This document shows positions 20,491 to 27,031 of a stretch of 57,052 nt of DNA, in pieces. The position numbers were made by a program, and so were the translations under genes. How positions within the stretch are numbered: the first letter of the stretch is position 1; every line of letters begins with the position of its first letter. The notes beneath the pieces are model-generated. The model worked only from the letters and a program-made list of their open reading frames with translations, was not told the origin of the DNA and made no database searches. This DNA is from a virus. The DNA is taken from IMG/VR virus record IMGVR_UViG_3300045988_165774, positions 1-57,052 of that record; one strand, 5' to 3'.

Positions 20491-20520
20491 TTGTATTTTT
20501 CAAAATAGGTATTACATTTG
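20491..20520 (+). promoter_or_regulatory. Candidate promoter (TTG-N19-TACATTTG) for the 20563-21982 operon
   Basis: -7 box TACATTTG at 20513-20520. Divergent from the late promoter. Confidence 0.5.
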
Positions 20521-20562
20521 TATTGCAATAAATGAACAAGTAATAATTAAAAAATAAAGATC

Positions 20563-20781
20563 ATGAAAACAAAAGACTTACTTATCCAAAATGAGTATAA
20601 CCCAGAAAACTATGAAAATATTATTTCTGTTATTGAACAAGCTGCAGCACACTTTGGAGTAAAAATAGATATAATCGGTACATCGTGGGGAATAGTTGCC
20701 GGCGATTACGAAGGCGCTTTAATGGACATTGAAACCAGGGCTATACAACAGCTTAGGGAGGAATATCCGGAAGTATTTTAA
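20563..20781 (+). CDS. Hypothetical protein, 72 aa
   Basis: ORF track. First gene of a four-gene plus-strand operon. Confidence 0.55.
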   Translation: MKTKDLLIQNEYNPENYENIISVIEQAAAHFGVKIDIIGTSWGIVAGDYEGALMDIETRAIQQLREEYPEVF

Positions 20782-20840
20782 AGTTCTAATTCTACCATGG
20801 TTTTCTTAAGAAAAACCAACCGATTATAAATTTGAATAAT

Positions 20841-21377
20841 ATGGACTTCGACGCACAAATAGCACGGGAAATAATAGACAAATACAATTTGTCTGAAAAA
20901 ACTCTACGAGTATGGAAAAGTAGAGGTCACATTCCTGAGCAATATTCGAGAGAAGAATATAAAAAGGTAAATCCTATTTCAGAGAGCGCAGATAAAATAA
21001 TACAGGAGCGGATAATATCCGTTTTAAATATGCCGGAAATAAACAGAAGAACAGTTATAAAACTGGCAAACTGCGACATAACCCGAGTAAATGGGGTATG
21101 TGCCCATAAAAATACATTTACAAAAGAAGAGATGTTCTCTTTAGAAAAAGAAATAAAAAGATTGCGTCTCGATATATTAAAATACACAGAAAATTTTTCT
21201 GAAAGTTTTTTAAAGTTAGTAGGCGATAAAAGATTAAAATTATTTGTTGTGCTTAAAGACAGAAGTCTTGCAAAAAGACTATCTTACATAAGTAAGACAA
21301 ATAATCTTGCGAAATATGAATATGAGCAAGCTGTAGATTACTATATAAAAGTTGCAATACAGTTAAACATAAACTAA
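20841..21377 (+). CDS. Hypothetical protein with an HTH-like N-terminus, 178 aa (ATG at 20841)
   Basis: N-terminal YNLSEKTLRVWKSRGHIPEQ resembles a helix-turn-helix. The track start at 20832 is TTG. Confidence 0.5.
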   Translation: MDFDAQIAREIIDKYNLSEKTLRVWKSRGHIPEQYSREEYKKVNPISESADKIIQERIISVLNMPEINRRTVIKLANCDITRVNGVCAHKNTFTKEEMFSLEKEIKRLRLDILKYTENFSESFLKLVGDKRLKLFVVLKDRSLAKRLSYISKTNNLAKYEYEQAVDYYIKVAIQLNIN

Positions 21378-21595
21378 TGCAGACAGGAAAGAAAAAAGGT
21401 GGAGCGCGTCCAGGGGCTGGTCGTAAAAAAGGTAAATCCAAAAAATATATAACGTTAACGATAGATATAGATCTAGCAGAACAAATTAATAACATAAAAA
21501 ACAAAAGCCAATTTATAAACTCCGCTATCCGCGAAAAATTGGAAAAATGGGGAGAGGGAAATTTAGGATGTGTGTTTAATAATGAAAAAAAATAA
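21377..21595 (+). CDS. Ribbon-helix-helix (CopG/Arc-like) DNA-binding protein with a basic Gly/Arg/Lys N-terminus, 72 aa
   Basis: KKYITLTIDIDLAEQINNIKNKSQFINSAIREKLEKW fits a beta-strand plus two helices. Start overlaps the previous stop (TAATG). Confidence 0.55.
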   Translation: MQTGKKKGGARPGAGRKKGKSKKYITLTIDIDLAEQINNIKNKSQFINSAIREKLEKWGEGNLGCVFNNEKK

Positions 21596-21604
21596 AATCT
21601 AACT

Positions 21605-21982
21605 ATGTACACAAAAGAACTCAGAATAGGGAACATATTAAACGGAGAAAACGGTCCAGTAATAGTTTGCGCTTTAAATGACTATAATCGTGTTGCTGTA
21701 AAATATCCGAATAATGCCCCTCTATTTGCACAAGAGGCGAAAGAAATATCAATTGAACCTATTCCGCTTACCGAAGATATTTTGTTAAAGTGTGGATTTG
21801 AAGCACATTATCTGGGAATAAAAACATATTATAATCCATTACTTGAATTAGACCATGAGTTCAAATTGATGGGAGTTGATCGCAGTATAAAAGTAATTTA
21901 TTTGCATCAATTGCAAAATATATTTTTTGCATTAACCGGAGAAGAATTAAATATAAATTATTATTTGTTTGGGATAATATAA
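21605..21982 (+). CDS. Hypothetical protein, 125 aa
   Basis: ORF track. Last gene before a strong terminator. Confidence 0.55.
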   Translation: MYTKELRIGNILNGENGPVIVCALNDYNRVAVKYPNNAPLFAQEAKEISIEPIPLTEDILLKCGFEAHYLGIKTYYNPLLELDHEFKLMGVDRSIKVIYLHQLQNIFFALTGEELNINYYLFGII

Positions 21983-22010
21983 AAGTTGGCAAGGCAGAAA
22001 TAATATGTAA

Positions 22011-22043
22011 TAGCGAGGATTATCCTCGCTATTCTATTTTTTT
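22011..22043 (+). terminator. Intrinsic terminator
   Basis: TAGCGAGG-ATTAT-CCTCGCTA hairpin followed by TTCTATTTTTTT. Confidence 0.75.
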
Positions 22044-22168
22044 CGATTGTAAGCAAAAACTCCCAAAAACTTTAAAATTGAAAATTTGTGTCTTTAAAAA
22101 TGCGGGTTTTTACAGATTGGTGTAAGCAAAAATACGTATTTTGGTTATAAATTGTAAGTTTTGGGTAT

Positions 22169-23422
22169 TTATTCCCCGATATTATAAATTACATAGTCTA
22201 TTACCTTCCTATTTGCTTCGTCTACTTGTGTGTAGTCATATTCACGGTATTTCTCAATCATTAATCCAGTAACTGAATGCATTAATCCTTTGTCTATTGT
22301 GGAATCCGGTATTCTTAATTGTCCTGCAATTGTTGCCCATGAATGTCTGGCATAGGTAAAACTAAAATGAGGGATTTTATCTTTTTCATTTTTAATATTC
22401 CTATTCATTTCTTCTATGTCCGATTTTATCCTGTCATCGATAAAGTGTGTTAGCTGTTTGTGGTTTTTGTATTTAGTTTTAATCATTCTTATTTTATTTG
22501 GATCAGCATACTTTTTAATTATTTCTAATATTTCAGGTTGCAATTTTAACTTTAGACGTACCTCTCTTGCTGTACGTGCTGTTTTTAGACGACTAATATC
22601 TATATAATTTTCAAAGTAAGGTAAATAGAAAATATCCTTCATATTCATTCCACATAGAAAGAAGGATAAAAAGAAGAAATCACGTCCAATCCCAGGGCGT
22701 TGATAGAATTTTCGTAAGACTTCTATGTCAAGTTTTCTTATCTTTGCTTTATAATCCGATGGAATTGAAATGGCATCAAATGGGTAAAGATCCCGGCTTA
22801 TTACCTTTTGTCCAATTGCCACCTTAAAAACTCTTCGGATACAACGGAGATATTTTGTAAACGACACTTCTTTCTTATTTGTTCCTTTAAGAAAGAATTT
22901 TTTTAATTCTATAAGAGTATAGCTATCTATGTTCTGAAAGTAAATTTTATCAGTTTTAAAGAACTTTATTAATAAATTTTTGGTCCATCTGAATGTATCT
23001 GCGTACGCCTTTCTTTTCATTTCTTCAGTAACCTCTTCGGATTCAAGGTCAAATATAATTTTATCAATGGTTCTTATAAAATCTGTTGATTGTTCGACTG
23101 GTTTCCCTAAATTCAATCTTATTCTGTCATAAGACATGAAAATTTGCTTTAAGGTCATGACTGACATATCCTTAACGGATTCTCCCAATTCTTTATAATA
23201 ATCCTGATATCTGCCTTTTTGAGCAAATAAATCTGAGTTCCATTTCGCTGCCTCTGGAAATTCTTTCTTTATAATTCCATTCCCCTGATCAAAAAAACTG
23301 GGCTCAATATAGTAGTTAGTCGGAATAAAAGTAGGATTTTCCCCCTTTTTCTTAATCTTAATTTTAATGTTTCCTTTTCCTGTCTTTCCTGAAACATCCC
23401 TTAGCACGACACTTAATTCCAT
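22169..23422 (-). CDS. int: Tyrosine recombinase / phage integrase, 417 aa
   Basis: C-terminal catalytic segments ARHSWAT, GLMHS and KYREYDY. Adjacent to a tRNA-fragment attP. Confidence 0.9.
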   Translation of the reverse strand: MELSVVLRDVSGKTGKGNIKIKIKKKGENPTFIPTNYYIEPSFFDQGNGIIKKEFPEAAKWNSDLFAQKGRYQDYYKELGESVKDMSVMTLKQIFMSYDRIRLNLGKPVEQSTDFIRTIDKIIFDLESEEVTEEMKRKAYADTFRWTKNLLIKFFKTDKIYFQNIDSYTLIELKKFFLKGTNKKEVSFTKYLRCIRRVFKVAIGQKVISRDLYPFDAISIPSDYKAKIRKLDIEVLRKFYQRPGIGRDFFFLSFFLCGMNMKDIFYLPYFENYIDISRLKTARTAREVRLKLKLQPEILEIIKKYADPNKIRMIKTKYKNHKQLTHFIDDRIKSDIEEMNRNIKNEKDKIPHFSFTYARHSWATIAGQLRIPDSTIDKGLMHSVTGLMIEKYREYDYTQVDEANRKVIDYVIYNIGE

Positions 23423-23603
23423 GATTTTTATATTTTTTTAACTATAAAATGAGCTAAAAATAGCTCTAAAACTCAATTTTGAACGTCATTTTTTATGAAT
23501 TGTTTCAAAAACACTGAAAAATTTCTACTAGATTTCTACTGGAATAACCCCTTTTTTAGCACAAAAGTGTGTTTTTTGTTACTTTTTACTTCGGATGTAA
23601 GGA

Positions 23604-23637
23604 ACAAAAAAAGGAGTTAGATTATATCTAACTCCTT
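23604..23637 (-). terminator. Intrinsic terminator just 3' of the tRNA-Leu fragment
   Basis: AAGGAGTTAGAT-ATA-ATCTAACTCCTT hairpin followed by TTTTTTT on the minus strand. Confidence 0.7.
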
Positions 23638-23649
23638 AATTTTCAATTT

Positions 23650-23709
23650 GTACCCAGGGCGGGAATCGAACCCGCACGTCTGTTGAGGACACTGGATTTT
23701 GAGTCCAGT
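23650..23709 (-). tRNA. 3' portion of tRNA-Leu(CAA), from the anticodon arm to the discriminator; attP core, not a complete gene
   Basis: The reverse complement reads CTGGA-CTCAAAA-TCCAG, a long variable arm, GCGGG-TTCGATT-CCCGC and CCTGGGT-A. No D arm or 5' acceptor strand lies upstream. Confidence 0.8.
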
Positions 23710-23878
23710 TTTGTGATCTTCTTTTATAAATTGAAAATTAAGGAGTTGGATATATTTTTAGTAGAAATTTCTACTGGTTTTCTACTGGTTTAACATTTCC
23801 GTCTAAGCCACTACCTGATTCTATTGTTATATTTTCTTTTTCGGTCATTTTGCCTGATTTTTGGCTTATATTTAAGTA

Positions 23879-24946
23879 TTAGTCATTCAAATAGTTTTTT
23901 GCACTTTCAATAATTTCTTTTGAATAATTATATAACTCTTCAAGAGACGTAATTAGGTATTTTGTTCCTTTTTTATTTTCATCAAATACTTCAAGATATT
24001 TATTCGATCGATTAAAATGTAAACGACAGATAGGTTTTCTATTGTTATCATCTAGTAATATGCCAAAATAAGAGATGGTATCTCTATATATAACTCTATT
24101 TAAATCAACAATCCCATGTAAAATTGATTTTACAATATAGAATCCTTGCAATTCTTCTTCTGTAGTTACAATTAAATCTTCTCGGCTTTCTTCTTGTATT
24201 TGTTGTTCCTGATCTTGAGATTTAATTTCATCAGTTTGTGATTTTATTACCGATTTAAGTTTGTCGCTTATGTAATCACTGTTATACTGTTGAAAAGCTC
24301 TTCTTAACATATCTCTAAATTGTTCAACAATTGGTTTCGTGAGCATTGACGGATATACTTGTTTTGCAAAGTATTTTACAAATTCATCAGAAGGATCAGC
24401 TATTTCTTTAACGATTAGATTTCTTAATTCTGTAGTATATTTTAACTCACTTGCAGTATTTAGAATAGATTCAATATCAAAGTAACTTTTATGAAATTCT
24501 TTTAACTTTTCAACTTGAACCTCTTTTAAGTCTTCTATGTTAATCTCAAAAAATGGTTTGTCATCCATTTTATTTGGCTCTACTAGGTCAGCATAGAACT
24601 TATAAATTATGCCGTTTGTGAGTATACCAAATTTAGCTTTAGATACATGATAGTACCTTAGAAGCTGCCCACTATGTAAATTTAAATCTTGCTTCCAGTG
24701 TTTGCATTCGATTAATATAATTGGATCTCCATCTTTACAAATTGTATAATCAATTTTTTCACCTTTCTTTGTTCCTATATCACAAACACATTCTGGTATC
24801 ACTTCTGTTGGATCGAAAATATCATATCCAAGAGATTGTATGAATGGAAGTATAATAGCTGTTTTTGTGGCTTCTTCTGTTGCAATACTTTCTTTTAACT
24901 TGGATGCACGCTCTCCAAGTATTTTAATTTGATCTTTAAAATCCAT
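23879..24946 (-). CDS. HsdR N-terminal-domain-like PD-(D/E)xK nuclease-fold protein, 355 aa
   Basis: N-terminus (EEATKTAIILPFIQSLGYD ... DYTICKDGDPIILIECKHW ... FGILTNGIIYKFY) resembles the type I restriction HsdR_N family. AT-rich gene beside attP. Confidence 0.55.
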   Translation of the reverse strand: MDFKDQIKILGERASKLKESIATEEATKTAIILPFIQSLGYDIFDPTEVIPECVCDIGTKKGEKIDYTICKDGDPIILIECKHWKQDLNLHSGQLLRYYHVSKAKFGILTNGIIYKFYADLVEPNKMDDKPFFEINIEDLKEVQVEKLKEFHKSYFDIESILNTASELKYTTELRNLIVKEIADPSDEFVKYFAKQVYPSMLTKPIVEQFRDMLRRAFQQYNSDYISDKLKSVIKSQTDEIKSQDQEQQIQEESREDLIVTTEEELQGFYIVKSILHGIVDLNRVIYRDTISYFGILLDDNNRKPICRLHFNRSNKYLEVFDENKKGTKYLITSLEELYNYSKEIIESAKNYLND

Positions 24947-24979
24947 GTATTATAATTTTAAATTAGCACACGACTTTTT

Positions 24980-25309
24980 TCAATTTTGTTTTCTCTGATG
25001 GCAAAACTCTATAACCTTAGATATTTTCTTATCATCTCCACCTTCCATGTGATCGAATATTTTTTTGAGAAATCCATTTTGATCATTTATTATATCTAAT
25101 TGTCGATTTATTGCCTGATTATTTAGGCGAGTACTTTCAGCACTATTTTTTTCTTGATCCTTAATAATACTTAACTGCGCGTTCATTGTATCAGTTAGCA
25201 TTTTTACAACTTCGGTGAAGTCACTCATAATATCTTTTATTAATATTAATACTTTTTCATCAGTATTAGTTATACGTTCTTCACTAAAATTTGTTTCTTT
25301 TTTACTCAT
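24980..25309 (-). CDS. Hypothetical coiled-coil protein, 109 aa (ATG at 25309)
   Basis: ORF track frame, start moved to the ATG. 1-nt gap to the upstream small ORF (TAA C ATG). Confidence 0.5.
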   Translation of the reverse strand: MSKKETNFSEERITNTDEKVLILIKDIMSDFTEVVKMLTDTMNAQLSIIKDQEKNSAESTRLNNQAINRQLDIINDQNGFLKKIFDHMEGGDDKKISKVIEFCHQRKQN

Positions 25310-25310
25310 G

Positions 25311-25439
25311 TTAACCAACCTTTTTTTGTCCAGGAATATTATTTTCAGAAATAAGATCATCTATTTTCTTGCACAACGTTTGAAGATATTTTCCTTGATT
25401 ATCAAGTGATTTTTGTAAAGATTCAATCTTATTAAACAT
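25311..25439 (-). CDS. Small ORF, 42 aa (below the track cutoff)
   Basis: Manual translation gives MFNKIESLQKSLDNQGKYLQTLCKKIDDLISENNIPGQKKVG. First gene of the minus-strand cargo operon. Confidence 0.35.
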   Translation of the reverse strand: MFNKIESLQKSLDNQGKYLQTLCKKIDDLISENNIPGQKKVG

Positions 25440-25456
25440 TTTTTAGCACTATATGT

Positions 25457-25487
25457 TTTGAATTAATTAAATATCACCATATCTTTG
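25457..25487 (+). promoter_or_regulatory. Candidate early promoter (TTTG-N19-TATCTTTG)
   Basis: Exact -33/-7 consensus spacing, 68 nt upstream of the first early ORF. Confidence 0.55.
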
Positions 25488-25540
25488 CCTTGTGATTAGA
25501 TGAAAACACTAATCCATGAGCATAAAAAATAAATAATATA

Positions 25541-25570
25541 CAAACATAATAAAAATGGATGAAATAGCAA
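25541..25570 (-). promoter_or_regulatory. Candidate divergent promoter for the cargo operon (minus strand TTG-N19-TATGTTTG)
   Basis: The reverse complement of 25541-25548 is TATGTTTG. A TTG lies 19 nt upstream on the minus strand. Confidence 0.3.
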
Positions 25571-25761
25571 TTAATAAACCAAAAACTTTAAAAAGCCAGA
25601 TTTTAGATATGCAGGCTGGAATGTGTCTTTTTGTCCCATTCCGGGAATATACAGAGATGCACGTAAGAAAAATAGTAAGGTTTCTTAATCGGGATGGATA
25701 TTCTTATAAAGCAACGAGTGCGGGTGTTATAGACGGGATAAATGTAATAAGATTAAAATAA
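25555..25761 (+). CDS. Hypothetical early protein, 68 aa
   Basis: ORF track. First early gene. Confidence 0.55.
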   Translation: MDEIAINKPKTLKSQILDMQAGMCLFVPFREYTEMHVRKIVRFLNRDGYSYKATSAGVIDGINVIRLK

Positions 25762-26034
25762 ATGAACCTGATCCTCCGAAATACCGATCGTATCGAAATG
25801 TCGATGGCTGAATTTATTGATTTCACCAAGAGCGTTGTCAAGGAAGCCGTTGCCGAAACTTACGGGGAATATATTAGCCGGAATGAAGCAATTAGGCATT
25901 TGGGCAGTCGGAAAAAACTGGAGCAAGCAATCAAAATGAAGTTGATTAATCCTGATAAGGGAAATGGGAATCAGAAATGGCGGGTAAAAACCCGGGAAGT
26001 CATTGAAGCATATAAAATAATTGATAAACTATGA
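25762..26034 (+). CDS. Possible excisionase/HTH-like small protein, 90 aa
   Basis: ISRNEAIRHLGSRKKLEQAIKMKLINP...KWRV resembles MerR/Xis-type HTH proteins. This is a weak call. Confidence 0.4.
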   Translation: MNLILRNTDRIEMSMAEFIDFTKSVVKEAVAETYGEYISRNEAIRHLGSRKKLEQAIKMKLINPDKGNGNQKWRVKTREVIEAYKIIDKL

Positions 26035-26219
26035 GAACTTTTTCAATATTAGCCGTTCTTCTTGCCCTTGGAATATTAGGATGCAGTATTTACGGAGGGC
26101 AGTACCATAGTCTTCCTTTCGCAATAATGTCCGGTATTTTGGGTTGGGCGATGTGGCCGGAGAAGAAGCAGGTAAAACCATACCGAAGTTATAGAAGTTG
26201 GGACACTAAAGATACGTAA
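26031..26219 (+). CDS. Small membrane protein, 62 aa
   Basis: Two hydrophobic helices (FSILAVLLALGILGCSIY and LPFAIMSGILGWAMW). Confidence 0.5.
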   Translation: MRTFSILAVLLALGILGCSIYGGQYHSLPFAIMSGILGWAMWPEKKQVKPYRSYRSWDTKDT

Positions 26220-26220
26220 T

Positions 26221-26386
26221 GGCGGAGGAATTTAGCAAGGTTTGGTCCGGCTTAAACAAAGTAAACCTAACACCGCCCCGGGTGGAAGTAAGGGGCAGAT
26301 GCGACACTGTAAAGCCGTGAGTTCTTTGGTCCGGTGACATTCTTTTCTTTACACCACAATATCTCCATTCACACCGGACCTTTTTT
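26221..26386 (+). ncRNA. Structured non-coding segment ending in an intrinsic terminator
   Basis: Helices GGCGG/CCGCC (26221-25/26273-77) and AGGTTT/AAACCT (26238-43/26263-68). Terminator GGTCCGGTG (26328-36)/CACCGGACC (26372-80) plus T6. No credible ORF. Confidence 0.45.
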
Positions 26387-26465
26387 AAGTGACATATAAA
26401 GTACATTGTAGCCCTAGTCCTGTCGGGAGATAGCACGAAAGGCAAAATTTTAAAAGGGAAAAGTT

Positions 26466-26654
26466 ATGAACGACAATGCAAATGTAAATGTAAGTGACAA
26501 AAAGGATAAAGAAATTGAAGATCTTAAAAAGCATCTTAGTGCAGCAAATGCATCTTGGACAAAATATTTTAAGGAATGTGAAACCCTTAAACAGGAACTA
26601 TTAAGGTACAAAGAGCTGGTAAAAGTACAGAGTGCCATTATAAACAACAATTAA
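26466..26654 (+). CDS. Hypothetical coiled-coil protein, 62 aa
   Basis: ORF track. ATG start and heptad-like sequence. Confidence 0.5.
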   Translation: MNDNANVNVSDKKDKEIEDLKKHLSAANASWTKYFKECETLKQELLRYKELVKVQSAIINNN

Positions 26655-26710
26655 CCGTCCGGGGCAGTCCGCTGTAACTGTAGCAATATCTTGGACTACC
26701 CCGGCAACCC

Positions 26711-26783
26711 GCCTACTTAGCTCAGTTGGTAGAGCATCGGTTTTGTACTCCGAAGGTCATCCGTTCGAACCGGACAGTAGGCT
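26711..26783 (+). tRNA. tRNA-Thr (anticodon TGT), 73 nt, CCA not encoded
   Basis: Hand fold: GCCTACT / TA / GCTC-AGTTGGTA-GAGC / A / TCGGT-TTTGTAC-TCCGA / AGGTC / ATCCG-TTCGAAC-CGGAC / AGTAGGC / T. Mismatches at 31-39 (U-U) and 49-65 (A-C). Confidence 0.75.
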
Positions 26784-26885
26784 CAAAAGTAAGGCCGTTT
26801 AGTTTGATGACGTGACGGCCTTACAAAAAACTCCAAGCTCTTTGACATGTTGACAGACAATAAAAAACACGCAGTTTGTCGCTGC

Positions 26886-27006
26886 GGGCTGGTGAACTAC
26901 CGGGCAATACTCCGGTAGTGGCGAAAGTCGCGTGTCAAAGGCGCATTAAGCCAGCAACGGGTTGTACTGGAGTACTTAGAAAGAGGTTCGATTCCTCTTA
27001 CCCGTC
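26886..27006 (+). ncRNA. Structured recT leader ending in a tRNA-like acceptor/T-arm minihelix
   Basis: Hairpin CTACCGG-N8-CCGGTAG (26897-26918) and closing helix GCTGG/CCAGC (26888-92/26951-55). Then ACGGGT (26957-62), GTAC-TGGA-GTAC, AGAGG-TTCGATT-CCTCT and ACCCGT (27000-05). Confidence 0.45.
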
Positions 27007-27031
27007 ACATTTCAAACAACAAAACAAAAGT

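Larger units (their letters stand above)
23521..23788. other. attP region (core plus arm-type repeats)
   Basis: The tRNA-Leu 3' fragment is flanked by five copies of TTTCTACT(A/G)G (23522-23531, 23533-42, inverted 23759-67, 23768-77, 23779-88) and by a perfect 20-bp inverted repeat (23630-49 / 23728-47). Confidence 0.7.

Noticed and set aside
23521-23788. CRISPR-like or tandem-repeat array (TTTCTACTGG copies)
   Set aside because: There are only five 10-nt copies in mixed orientation flanking a tRNA fragment next to an integrase. This is an att arm-site pattern, not repeat-spacer structure. No CRISPR array exists anywhere in the window.
26221-26386. Resemblance to SRP RNA or RNase P RNA fragments (GGUCCGG, GGAAGUAAGGGGCAGAUG, CCGGCUUAAAC)
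   Set aside because: The matches are short and not in the right order or helical context, and the segment is far too small for RNase P RNA. They are treated as coincidental.
26206-26650. Minus-strand ORFs 26206..26445 and 26450..26650
   Set aside because: The first covers the structured RNA and terminator. The second is antisense to a plausible coiled-coil ORF. Both have implausible composition.
26876-27031. N-terminal 52-codon extension (TTG start) of the recT ORF in the track
   Set aside because: The extension is Arg/Cys/Gly-rich nonsense. It coincides with strong RNA helices and a T-arm/acceptor module. A clean ATG at 27032 begins the RecT-like sequence.
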